Origin: Williopsis jadinii
Taxonomy: Eukaryota
DNA length: 64,000 nucleotides
Assembly (NCBI GenBank): GCA_024346625.1
Contig: AP024666.1
Span: 744,001 to 808,000, forward strand
Direction of reading: 5' to 3'
Shown here: piece by piece, positions 54,736 to 64,000 of the stretch
How the letters are laid out: the number at the start of each line of letters is the position of its first letter
Numbering within the stretch: position 1 is the stretch's first letter
The notes under the pieces: generated by a model
Seen by the model: only the letters and a program-made list of their open reading frames with translations
Told to the model about the DNA's origin: nothing
Databases searched by the model: none
Translations under genes and position numbers: made by a program

Positions 54736-55299
54736 GACTTCCATTTTCGTGGCACTGGTAGGCACACACCGGCCTCCCGAGACACAAGACGTGGTGGTCG
54801 CCGTCGCAACCTCATCAAAGCTTAGCCCATTATCTTATTACCAAATTGATAAATATCCGTGAAATCCATAGCACTCCACCTAAATACCGTAGTTATACCG
54901 CAAACCCACCTCAATTGGCCCCTGTTTGTGGCCCAAACCGTTGTATGAACCCTGTGCTGAAAATGTCCGGTTGTCGCTGGAATTGGCCCTACCCAAGGGG
55001 ACACACATACAAATTTCTGGGACATTTCCCAAAACTTCCACCAGAGCACATTGATAACAGACGTTTCAATCTCATAGAGCAAACACTTCTGATCCACTGG
55101 CTTTGGAACAAGAAGGAAAAGGAGAATAAACAGAACACTGGCACACACCATTGGGTCAATTGGAACTGAGCTCCTGCTAAAAGAATCAGTAAATCGGTAC
55201 TTCAAACCTGGAATTAGCACTGCCATTTGGCTGAAGAGACAAATAGAGACAGAGAGACATATAGACAGAACCCGCGTGTGCTTGAGAGTGATATAGGAC

Positions 55300-57090
55300 A
55301 TGTCCAGCCTGTTGTTATTTGCTGGTAAACAGCTCTTGAAAAGAGCCCTTTCCGACGATGAGAATGAGATTCCCGATGTGACTATCCCAGATAGCGATGA
55401 ATTGGACGAGTCCAATCCTGTTACAGAGGAGATCTTTTCATCGTGGGCACTCTTTATCTTGCTAGTGCTGCTCATCATGGCACTGTTCAGCTCTTACTTC
55501 TTACAGCAGAAGAGGATCCAAGCCGTCCATGAAACAGTGCTGTCGATCTTCTACGGTATGATTGTTGGCTTGATCATCCGTGTGCTTCCCGGTCACTATA
55601 TCCAGGACACTGTTACTTTCAACTCGAGTTACTTCTTCAACGTGCTGCTGCCACCAATTATTCTCAACAGTGGGTATGAGCTGCACGAGGCGAATTTCTT
55701 TAGGAATCTGGGAACCATCCTGATGTTTGCCATTCCTGGAACCTTCATCAGTGCGTGTGTCTTGGGTGTGATTCTCTACGTCTGGACCTCTCTCGGCTTG
55801 GAGAGCATCAACATCTCCTTTGTCGATGCCTTGTCCGTGGGCGCAACACTATCTGCCACTGACCCTGTTACAATCTTGTCTATATTTAACGCTTACAAAG
55901 TTGATCCGAAGCTGTATACAATCATCTTCGGCGAGTCCCTGTTGAACGATGCCATCTCCATCGTTATGTTTGAAACTTGTCAAAAGTTCCACGACAAAGA
56001 GGCACACTTCAGCTCATTCTTTGAAGGTGTGGGACTGTTCCTCATGATCTTCACGATCTCCTTGCTTATAGGTGTCCTCATTGGAATAATTGTTGCTTTG
56101 ATGCTGAAACATACACACATCAGAAGATACCCACAGATTGAATCATGCCTCGTCCTGTTGATTGCATATGAGTCGTACTTCTTCTCCAATGGTTGTCACA
56201 TGTCTGGTATCGTGTCTCTGCTTTTCTGCGGTATCACTTTGAAGCACTACGCCTACTACAACATGTCAAGAAGAACCCAGATTGCTACTAAATACATCTT
56301 CCAGCTCTTGGCCCGTTTGTCAGAAAACTTCATCTTTGTTTACTTGGGCCTGGCACTGTTCACGGAAGTGGAGCTCGTCTATAAGCCAATGCTTATTATC
56401 GTTACGACAATCTCCATCTGCTTATCTCGTTGGGCAGCCGTCTTCCCACTTTCAAGATTGACCAATTGGGTTCATAGAAAACGTTCCGGAAACCCAGGAG
56501 CAGCTGATGAAATACCTTATCAATATCAAATGATGATATTCTGGGCAGGATTGAGGGGTGCTGTTGGTGTTGCCCTTGCTATGGGTATTCAAGGAGAGTT
56601 CAAATCAACTCTGCTGGCTACAGTCTTGGTTGTTGTTGTTCTTACGGTGATTCTCTTTGGTGGTACCACTGCTGGAATGTTAGAGGTTTTGAACATCAGA
56701 ACAGGTTGTGTCGCTGAGGATGATAGTGACGATGAGTTCGACATTGAAGCACCAAAGATTGTCACTACATCATCAGTGCTTGCGAACAGACAGTTCTCCA
56801 GACCATACTCCGATAACACAGGTTCTCGCTCAAGACAGAGCCCCAGCTTTAACAGTACAAGCCAGGAAGATCTCCTGGTTGATGACGATGCTACCAACCT
56901 TGACGATATCCCACCATTGGTGCCTAATGACGCCAATGGACCAGGTCTGGTCAGTACAGTACAGAACATCATCACATCGGACGATAGATCCAAATGGTTC
57001 CAGAGCTTTGACGAACAAGTTCTTAAACCGGTTTTGTTGGATATAGATCCATCCACCAAATCAAAAACAGGGAGAGAATCGCCTAACTAA
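55300..57090 (+). CDS. NHX1: Endosomal Na+(K+)/H+ exchanger Nhx1
   Basis: FFNVLLPPIILNSGYEL, LSATDPVTILSIF, FGESLLNDA and FWAGLRGAV; multiple TM segments. Confidence 0.97.
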   Translation: MSSLLLFAGKQLLKRALSDDENEIPDVTIPDSDELDESNPVTEEIFSSWALFILLVLLIMALFSSYFLQQKRIQAVHETVLSIFYGMIVGLIIRVLPGHYIQDTVTFNSSYFFNVLLPPIILNSGYELHEANFFRNLGTILMFAIPGTFISACVLGVILYVWTSLGLESINISFVDALSVGATLSATDPVTILSIFNAYKVDPKLYTIIFGESLLNDAISIVMFETCQKFHDKEAHFSSFFEGVGLFLMIFTISLLIGVLIGIIVALMLKHTHIRRYPQIESCLVLLIAYESYFFSNGCHMSGIVSLLFCGITLKHYAYYNMSRRTQIATKYIFQLLARLSENFIFVYLGLALFTEVELVYKPMLIIVTTISICLSRWAAVFPLSRLTNWVHRKRSGNPGAADEIPYQYQMMIFWAGLRGAVGVALAMGIQGEFKSTLLATVLVVVVLTVILFGGTTAGMLEVLNIRTGCVAEDDSDDEFDIEAPKIVTTSSVLANRQFSRPYSDNTGSRSRQSPSFNSTSQEDLLVDDDATNLDDIPPLVPNDANGPGLVSTVQNIITSDDRSKWFQSFDEQVLKPVLLDIDPSTKSKTGRESPN

Positions 57091-57206
57091 ATAACTATAA
57101 ACGTACAATTAGCAACATCAACATACAAAGATTTATTTATTAGTTGTAACCCTTGTTGTCTTTGTAGATTGGAGTTAACGCAGGTGTGCATAAATAAAAC
57201 CATGCA

Positions 57207-58943
57207 TCAATATTCATGCTCGTCAGAAGCTGTTTCAAATGTCCAGTTGACAAGACGCAATACATTACTTGGGAGTGTCACGTCTTTTAACACCTCAGAG
57301 TACTTCATGGTAACTTCAAAGAAGGCATTCATCGAAAGATCATGTAATACTGAAATCAAGTTATCTTCATCTCTATCGACAAGGTCTTCTGGTGGATTCT
57401 GTGCGAACCGGCCACAGGACGACACGGATTGTTCCAAGATATTCATTACATCCGCAACCGTGGAAGAAACTGTTCCCTTCTTATCCTCGTCATATGCGCG
57501 AGTCGTCAACAATGAGACTGCAATGATTGCATTCCCCACAGTTACCGGTACTGGACATATTCTTTCTGTCTCACGAAGAACGCTGTGTCTAAACGGTATA
57601 CCAAACCCAGATATGATGAAAAGATGGTAATAGTCTTTTGAAGTCTTCCACGCCTTCTTCAAATGAGTTATAATCTCTGCTATTGTGCTATTGTCAAAAA
57701 AGCCAGAAGATTCTGATCTTAAAGGCTTGACATATAGATCACTATCTTTGAATTCATTTTCGATTGAATAGTAATCACGGCCAAAGATGTGCTGATCTCT
57801 AGAATTTCTTCTTGGTTTGACAATGCGTTTTTCCGGTTCCTTCACGAGGGTGTTGTTAACGTTGATGTTATTTACCCTGATAGTCTTTTCGCATTCTTGT
57901 AATATTTCACCCCATAGAAATTCTCTCTTGTTATTTCTGTTGTATATTGCCAATCTAGCATCAGGATCATCACTTTTTGCAATATAAGCCAGCTCTTGGA
58001 AAGCTGTCATTTTGGTAAACAGCTTATCAGATTTCAAGCCTTCAATGAGTGTGCCCAACGGGTCTGCTGATAATTCTGAAATTGCATGACCACGGTGTAA
58101 ACAGCCGATTGATAGATATGCGTTGAATGCCATGTTTGTCATCTCCCAACTGGCAAAGAGAACCAACGCAAAGAACAACGTCTTGAAGAAAAGGCCAAGT
58201 GTGACGTTGTAGGAAGGCTGGTTTTGGTTGAAAGGGAGAAAGAATCCCAAGATGAAGAGCACGACGTCAATGATGTACGACCTAACAAGGAGGTAGACCA
58301 AGGGTGCCGTGATGGTGGTGAAGAGAGAAAAGATGATTGTGTTTGAGATGACTTGGGGTAGTTTAGCAGCAATTGTGTTCTTTGGATGAGTATGGAAGTT
58401 GCCGTATGTGAAGATCAAACGATCTTTGTCGAACACCGCGTGTTGTAGACTGTATATTAAAGAGGCATAAAAGGAGAAGAACCAATAAAACACAAACTGA
58501 TCGTTCAATGGAGGATATTGGTGAATTCTCGAGGAGGTTGTAATTGGTATAGCCGTCAGGTCTTGGAACACAATGCCAAAGAACAGAGTTGCTGAGATCA
58601 TATAGATGATCAATGTCCAAATGAACTTTTTATTCACCAACTGCCCGACAACCTGACTTGCCAGTGTCTTATAGCCCAAAAAATCAACGTGGAGGTTGTT
58701 CTTCCTCAAACACGTCACCAGGAACAGACCCAGCGCTATACCGCCCGCCCTTAAAGGCAGAAATGTCCAAAACCAGCTCTTCGAGGTGGGTATCGCCAGC
58801 ACAATGCACAGAACCCACGATGATGTGAACAAGAACCTTGCCAACTTCTGAAACCGTGTCGAGCAGACATCACCAAATATCGCGTGGTAGTGATATGCAT
58901 TGATTGTTGCGGAGACGCTTGATAGTCTCGCTGTGTAACTCAT
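57207..58943 (-). CDS. NDC1: Nuclear pore / spindle pole body membrane protein Ndc1
   Basis: YHAIFGDVCSTRF, about 6 N-terminal TM segments, AYLSIGCLHRG, TAFQEL and EDKKGTV. First ATG is 58943; the track start at 58982 is TTG. Confidence 0.9.
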   Translation of the reverse strand: MSYTARLSSVSATINAYHYHAIFGDVCSTRFQKLARFLFTSSWVLCIVLAIPTSKSWFWTFLPLRAGGIALGLFLVTCLRKNNLHVDFLGYKTLASQVVGQLVNKKFIWTLIIYMISATLFFGIVFQDLTAIPITTSSRIHQYPPLNDQFVFYWFFSFYASLIYSLQHAVFDKDRLIFTYGNFHTHPKNTIAAKLPQVISNTIIFSLFTTITAPLVYLLVRSYIIDVVLFILGFFLPFNQNQPSYNVTLGLFFKTLFFALVLFASWEMTNMAFNAYLSIGCLHRGHAISELSADPLGTLIEGLKSDKLFTKMTAFQELAYIAKSDDPDARLAIYNRNNKREFLWGEILQECEKTIRVNNINVNNTLVKEPEKRIVKPRRNSRDQHIFGRDYYSIENEFKDSDLYVKPLRSESSGFFDNSTIAEIITHLKKAWKTSKDYYHLFIISGFGIPFRHSVLRETERICPVPVTVGNAIIAVSLLTTRAYDEDKKGTVSSTVADVMNILEQSVSSCGRFAQNPPEDLVDRDEDNLISVLHDLSMNAFFEVTMKYSEVLKDVTLPSNVLRLVNWTFETASDEHEY

Positions 58944-59180
58944 CACTGACCCTTGCCGCTCAGATGGTAAAACCCTTTGCAATGTTGTTTGTTTTGTTTA
59001 CTTTTCGAAGAAGTTGAAGCGGGAAATTTCTCTCCAGATATAACCGGTACGGGCAACACACTCTCAATGTCGTTTTTGTGGTTGAAGATGAAGGAAAAAA
59101 ATGGATGAGCAAAACTGCGTTGAGATGTTGAAGAAGGCATAAACAAAGAAAAGTAAACACAGCTCAGCCATCGTCAAAAG

Positions 59181-59579
59181 ATGTTCAGCAGAAGGCTTCT
59201 ACTCTCATCTCAGTGTGTTGCACGTGCTTGCTACTCTACGAAAAGTGCAGTTCCACATCCTACGGAGAAGATTCCGGATGTGAAGGCTTTCCTTACAACG
59301 ATCGGGCGTAACTGTATAGAACACGAAGAACACTTCCCAGATTGGGAGAGCCTGTTCCACACCAGTGGCAGGGATCTAAAGGACAAAGGCATCGATGTGC
59401 AGCAAAGAAGATATATTCTTAGACAGGTTGAGAAGTTGAGACAGGGCGAGGAGGTTAAGGCCACGCAAGTGGGTAAGAAGAGTTTCTACGGCGGTGAAAG
59501 AAAGAGAAAAGAAAGAGTTGCGAGACTCGCCGCTGAGAAGAGACAAGAGAGATATGCTCACGAGGATGCTATGGCTTGA
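59181..59579 (+). CDS. FYV4: Mitoribosomal protein mS41/Fyv4 (IGR domain)
   Basis: Presequence-like N-terminus; IPDVKAFLTTIGRNC, RRYIL and KKSFYGGERKRK. Confidence 0.92.
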   Translation: MFSRRLLLSSQCVARACYSTKSAVPHPTEKIPDVKAFLTTIGRNCIEHEEHFPDWESLFHTSGRDLKDKGIDVQQRRYILRQVEKLRQGEEVKATQVGKKSFYGGERKRKERVARLAAEKRQERYAHEDAMA

Positions 59580-59773
59580 GATTTTCTCTCATGGTGTCGC
59601 TATACATGAAGAAGGATGTAAATAGGAGAGTTCTGTACATAAATGACAAATCAACAGCTAGAACAAGAGCACTCGATGTATGTTGATGTAATGTGATATG
59701 ACTTCCGCTTGAAAGGGGAAAGTCACTGATGTATATAACAATAAATAAGAGGATGGCGGTATATATGCATACG

Positions 59774-60527
59774 CTACTGTCCTTTAGAGTACTTTTCAAA
59801 CTCTTGTGCTAGCCATTTGGCTTCATTGTGCATATCCTGTGTAGTTCTTTCGTACCTTTCATCATCAGGCTTCACGACATATTTATCCAGCCTCTTTAGA
59901 TTCTTACGCTGGTAGAACTGCTTCAATCCATCCTCAACGTCGTACTCGGAGGAGTCCATCCGCTCATAGACTTCATCGCCCATGTTATTGGCTCTATGCC
60001 TTGGAATGATATGCGTATGTAAATGAGGAATGCTCTGCCCAGCTTCCGGGCCATCTTGAATGGCAATGTTCAACGAATCTGCCTTATAGATCTTCTCTAT
60101 GAACTTGTGTACCGTCTGAATCGCACGAATATAGTCAATGCTCTCTTCGTCGGTCAAGTCTTTTAACCTTTCAACGACTCGCAGGGGAACCACTAGAACC
60201 TATTTGAAGAGGGGGAAGGGTATTAGTCAATGTATAAAGTCTTTTGAAGAACAGAACAAATTCCACTTACATGGCCTGCGACGATAGGTTTCAGATTGAC
60301 AAGTGCATATGAATACTTGGACCTCTAAGTATCATCCTTCTGTTAGATGGGCTCGATAAATACGTCATGAGGCATTGGCACGTATACTTACGAAAAACAC
60401 CTTATGTGAGTGATCAACTGTCAGTATTAAATCGACTTTGAACGAATCCAATGATGGAGAGTTCTCATACCTGATCATTCACCACAAACCTTGAGAAGTA
60501 GATAAGTGTCTGAGCAGCCTTACTCAT
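59774..60527 (-). CDS. HNT2: Fhit-family dinucleoside triphosphate hydrolase Hnt2; join(60471..60527,60392..60400,60271..60324,59774..60199), 181 aa
   Basis: Three introns (GTATGA..AAG, GTAAGT..TAG, GTAAGT..TAG). Spliced product has IYFSRFVVNDQVFFRSKYSYALVNLKPIVAGHVLVVPLR; HIT motif QDGPEAGQSIPHLHTHIIPR. Confidence 0.93.
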
Positions 60528-60663
60528 TCTGTTAAAGTGGCAGAATCTTTGAAAAAGCGTCTTAATGGTTGATCTTGTTTGCGTGTATCGAGAGTATTAG
60601 GCAGGTTGAGTGTGCTTCCGATACGTTACGCGCCATGATATTATATAAGCAATTGTGAAAGGG

Positions 60664-60671
60664 CCGGGTAA
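60664..60671. promoter_or_regulatory. Reb1-type site CCGGGTAA in the HNT2 promoter
   Basis: Exact consensus about 140 bp upstream of the HNT2 ATG. Confidence 0.5.
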
Positions 60672-60898
60672 CGATGTTTTCTGTTTTCGGCTTAAATGAT
60701 CGGAAAAAGTAACCCAAAACGGAATTAAGTGCGCTCTCAGGTCCCCGTCACATCGAACCAATTCAACGCTGACATAGTTTAACCACAGAGGTTTGTAAAA
60801 CGCAATTGAGTAGGCTACAAGATTGATTATTTCACATCAAGCGAAAACATATTCTCAATTCCACTGTATAGATTTTATAGAAGATAAAGCAATTGAGT

Positions 60899-61495
60899 TT
60901 ACTTGTTGGCCTCCTCGAAGTATTGCTTGGAAGCTTCAACCTCTGGCTTGATGGTCAACTGACCTGGAGTCCAGTTACATGGCAAAACCTCACCGTTCTC
61001 CTCGGTCCATTGGAAGGCCTCCAACAATCTGTAGGTCTCCTCAACGTTTCTACCAACTGGCAAATCGTTGATGGTGGATTGTCTAACGTTACCCTTTGGA
61101 TCGATGATGAAGATACCTCTCAAGGCAACACCAGCTTCCTCGATCAAGACACCGTAGTCCTTAGAAAGGGAGTGGTTGGTGTCGGCAACCAATGGGATGT
61201 CGACTGGACCCAAACCACCATCCTTTCTGGCAACGTTGGTCCAGGCCAAGAGGGAGTACTCAGAGTCGGTAGAAGCGAACAAGATTTGAGCACCCTTCTC
61301 AGCGAACTTCTTAGCAGCCTCAGAGTAGGCAATGATCTCAGTTGGACAGACAAAGGTGAAAGCCAATGGGATGAAGGCCAAAACAACCCACTTACCCTCG
61401 GCAAGGTATTTGTCAAGGGAAACCTCCTCGAACAAACCGTCAACGACGGCGGTCTTGGTGAACTTTGGAGCTGGCTTTTGAACTTGGGCAACCAT
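60899..61495 (-). CDS. TSA1: 2-Cys peroxiredoxin Tsa1
   Basis: [29 protein letters not shown] and C-terminal YF motif; strong codon bias. Confidence 0.97.
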   Translation of the reverse strand: MVAQVQKPAPKFTKTAVVDGLFEEVSLDKYLAEGKWVVLAFIPLAFTFVCPTEIIAYSEAAKKFAEKGAQILFASTDSEYSLLAWTNVARKDGGLGPVDIPLVADTNHSLSKDYGVLIEEAGVALRGIFIIDPKGNVRQSTINDLPVGRNVEETYRLLEAFQWTEENGEVLPCNWTPGQLTIKPEVEASKQYFEEANK

Positions 61496-61611
61496 TGTGG
61501 TATAATTTATAAGTGTATAGAGATAAGAGATCTATAGAGTTAAGAAGGAATCGAAAGGAAAGAGAAAAAAAGGAAGGGGTAGATATTTCTTAAAACTGGG
61601 ACACGCCGGGG

Positions 61612-61619
61612 TTTATATA
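61612..61619 (-). promoter_or_regulatory. TATA box (TATATAAA) of TSA1
   Basis: Consensus match about 117 bp upstream of the ATG. Confidence 0.55.
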
Positions 61620-62632
61620 CCTGTGCCTGTGCAAGTTGTGACGTTACGCGATCTCTAAATCTCCCATTGCCCAAAAAAGGCCCGCCCAAAGCGACACAGC
61701 GAACGTTCTGGACGGGCTACAGCTGACAAAAATCACATCTGTAAGAACGAGAGAAAATAAGCCCAGGGGGAAATTAGGGTAAGGGAGCCTTGGAAGCGTT
61801 TACGACTGAAAAGGCGACCGGGAGACACACAGAAAATACGGGTGTTTAGTACAGAGGGGATTGTAGGAAGGCAATTGGCCTTGTACGGTGTGCTACTTCA
61901 CGCGGAAATGGCAATTAATATGATATGGTTTCACACCCAGCTTTCTACCGTTGTAGTGTTTCCAACTGCACTCTGTGGTCTGGGACTCGCCATGGCCAAA
62001 ATGATTAATCAACGCCTATCGCGAATAGGCTGGAGAAGGGCCTAATTAGGCGCATGGGAAGGGAGTTTATCAGAAGTATTCGTAGAGGAAGGGTACTTTG
62101 AACGGATATTGGGTGTAACCGCAACGACAGGCACTGTAACCTGCCTTGGCTGGTCTTTCAGGAACAATATAATGGCTATGTTATTACACGCTAAAGCAAA
62201 CGACATCAGGAGAAGACGTGACGGAACTAACCATGTGCATGCGCGCATTAGTCCTATCTCCCGTCGCTAGTATTCTCTTCTGATCCACCTAGAACCACCC
62301 ACACAGACACTTCTCCTGTAAAATCGCACACTGCCCGGATTGCCACTGAATTCTAACTCTCTGGCATCGGTTCAAGCACAGGGTTCGTCTTGGAACGCGT
62401 ACTTCACAGTATGCAATCCATTTGCCGACTTGGTTCAGAGTTCATGATGATGTAATTTTATAGGCAACGTTCTGCCCCGTGTGCTTTGGCGCAGGTGGCC
62501 ACGGGCGCGGGAACTCAGCTGCTCCCCCTACTGAGCTGTTGGGGAAAGCCACAGTTTTACAGCTAGTCCACATCATATCAAATGTAGATTGTACAGATTG
62601 GAGTGTTAGCCCAACGTCCTATATACACGTCT

Positions 62633-64000
62633 TTATTCTCCCAGCTCACCTGTTTGTGAGTGCTCTTCAGCTCTCTCAGCATCTGCAGCCCTCGCAAGAA
62701 GTTCATCTTCCCGTTGTTTCTTCTCCTTGATTAACCTATTGGTCAAGGTGTGTCCAGAAGGTACGAGGGTGACGAGACATAAAAACACACTCAGCGCGAA
62801 GGGATAAATATATTGTAGATACCTTGGTAGTCTTTGTGAATTCTCCAATTCTATAGCCTGCTCCACGAGACGTGTCGCACCGTTTGTGACCCTGGACCAT
62901 CCCAATTGATGCAGTAATCTGGTTGCCCTCTGGGTCAGGTTGCGAACGTGTGGGGATCCATTGTGTATGAATTGTGTAAAGAACTCACGTATTGGTTGAT
63001 GTGTGAAAAGGTACGCAATTGCAACAACAGTATGAATTAGATAGATATAGTCACTATCTTCCAATGGTGAGATCAATGCACGGTAGAACATCACAAAAAT
63101 TAACGTGTTTGCTGCAAATGCACCGATCGGTTCAAGATTATCTCTGATTCTCTCGAATAATCTAATGTGTATATTGTTCAATTGACCCCGATTAGCATGC
63201 TCGTTGTTCGCATCAGCAAGATGGTTGTCATCTTCTGCAAGTTCTTCCCTAAGGACAGTTTGTACAACATTTGGAACAACGATTGAGATGCCTAGTTCAG
63301 CCAATTTCTTCATACCAGCTGAAGAAACCATAATGTATGGATTTGATGGATCGGAGTTGTTGACAATGACCTCGTCAGTGGATAGCTTCACCTGTTGATG
63401 CGTATCATTAACAGTGAATTCGTATCCAAACAAAGTTTGTTCCAATGAATCAGTACTATCCGTTGTACCGATGAGCTCATTAGTCGTGTCTTCAGCTGGC
63501 AGATGCTCGTCTGTACTGTTGTTGGAATGGGCATTTTGAGTGCTAGACAGTTCAGAGTACGATGGCGAAGATATTCCAACGTTTCTGAAGTTGTCCCGGT
63601 TGATAAAAGTTGAATGTTCCAGGTTTTCCAATGCTTCCTCCTGTGGGAAAAATTCCTCTTTATCTGTATTGTTCTTGAACTGTTCTCTCAACCTCTTGAT
63701 TCTCTGATGTTCAACCATAAAGTTTGGATTTGGTTCCTTTGGATAGAAATCAAAGATCTTACCTCTCTGTAAATCCTTCCAGAAGCCTGTGTGCTCATTC
63801 GAGTGATCTGGCTCTTGGATAATAAAGTGTAGAGTCATCGTAGCAATTGTATTGGGAGTGCTGATGTTTCTTATCCTTGTATCATCTTCCAATATACGAC
63901 CAAAGTACAAAATCTTGATCTCACTGGTTGTGAAGTCTGGCGTCAGCCCAGCGTACATATCCAAAATGTACTTCTTAACGGTGAATATTGTTGTATCAAG
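62633..64000 (-). CDS. USA1: Usa1-like ERAD scaffold (UBL domain plus C-terminal TM segments), 5' partial
   Basis: Frame is open to the window end. UBL-like TIFTVKKYI...IKILYFGRILED...TLHFII; hydrophobic C-terminal segments; adjacent to TSA1 as in S. cerevisiae. Confidence 0.7.
   Translation of the reverse strand, partial: LDTTIFTVKKYILDMYAGLTPDFTTSEIKILYFGRILEDDTRIRNISTPNTIATMTLHFIIQEPDHSNEHTGFWKDLQRGKIFDFYPKEPNPNFMVEHQRIKRLREQFKNNTDKEEFFPQEEALENLEHSTFINRDNFRNVGISSPSYSELSSTQNAHSNNSTDEHLPAEDTTNELIGTTDSTDSLEQTLFGYEFTVNDTHQQVKLSTDEVIVNNSDPSNPYIMVSSAGMKKLAELGISIVVPNVVQTVLREELAEDDNHLADANNEHANRGQLNNIHIRLFERIRDNLEPIGAFAANTLIFVMFYRALISPLEDSDYIYLIHTVVAIAYLFTHQPIREFFTQFIHNGSPHVRNLTQRATRLLHQLGWSRVTNGATRLVEQAIELENSQRLPRYLQYIYPFALSVFLCLVTLVPSGHTLTNRLIKEKKQREDELLARAADAERAEEHSQTGELGE

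Noticed and set aside
54518..54825. ORFs with NENR, FSFL and FRFC repeats
   Set aside because: Translations of the 12-bp minisatellite rather than genes; the repeat has no spacers, so it is not CRISPR-like.
60893..61537. 214-aa ORF antisense to TSA1
   Set aside because: Codon-register shadow of a highly biased gene; starts at TTG.
62444..62535. ATGATGA...CTGA pair with a GC-rich hairpin (possible C/D snoRNA)
   Set aside because: No convincing rRNA-complementary guide next to a D box and no terminal stem.

Overview
This is a gene-dense window from a budding yeast (Saccharomycotina). CTG encodes Leu at conserved positions, and the many short introns have GTATGT/GTAAGT/GTGAGT donors and relaxed branch points. 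That pattern fits a Phaffomycetaceae-type yeast such as Cyberlindnera or Wickerhamomyces, which is an inference. It holds about 33 protein genes, mostly housekeeping orthologues in blocks syntenic with S. cerevisiae: CDC25-like, DPS1, BUD13, XRN1, IRS4/TAX4, IML2, HEL1, ARP4, CDC34, SLM4, AIP5, SCP160, YPT52, MIC60, RNQ1, an FMO, BCH1, TAF9, cyclophilin B, MED6, RAD52, VPS29, ARD1, TRS31, GUK1, NHX1, NDC1, FYV4, HNT2, TSA1 and USA1. Several needed manual splicing, and one (CDC25-like) is missing from the ORF track. The most notable items are: (1) a very divergent, catalytic-core-only XRN1 paralogue in tandem with the full-length XRN1; (2) a Spo13/meikin candidate with a weak-donor intron at the syntenic SPO13 position; (3) snoRNA snR13 inside an intron of an apparently non-coding spliced host; (4) two in-frame 5' splice sites in GUK1; (5) a bacterial-type BudC acetoin reductase; and (6) an Rnq1 orthologue with a Gly-rich rather than Q/N-rich prion-like domain. 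No tRNA, rRNA, transposon or CRISPR was recognised. All homology calls come from reading motifs and from recalled sequences, not from searches.
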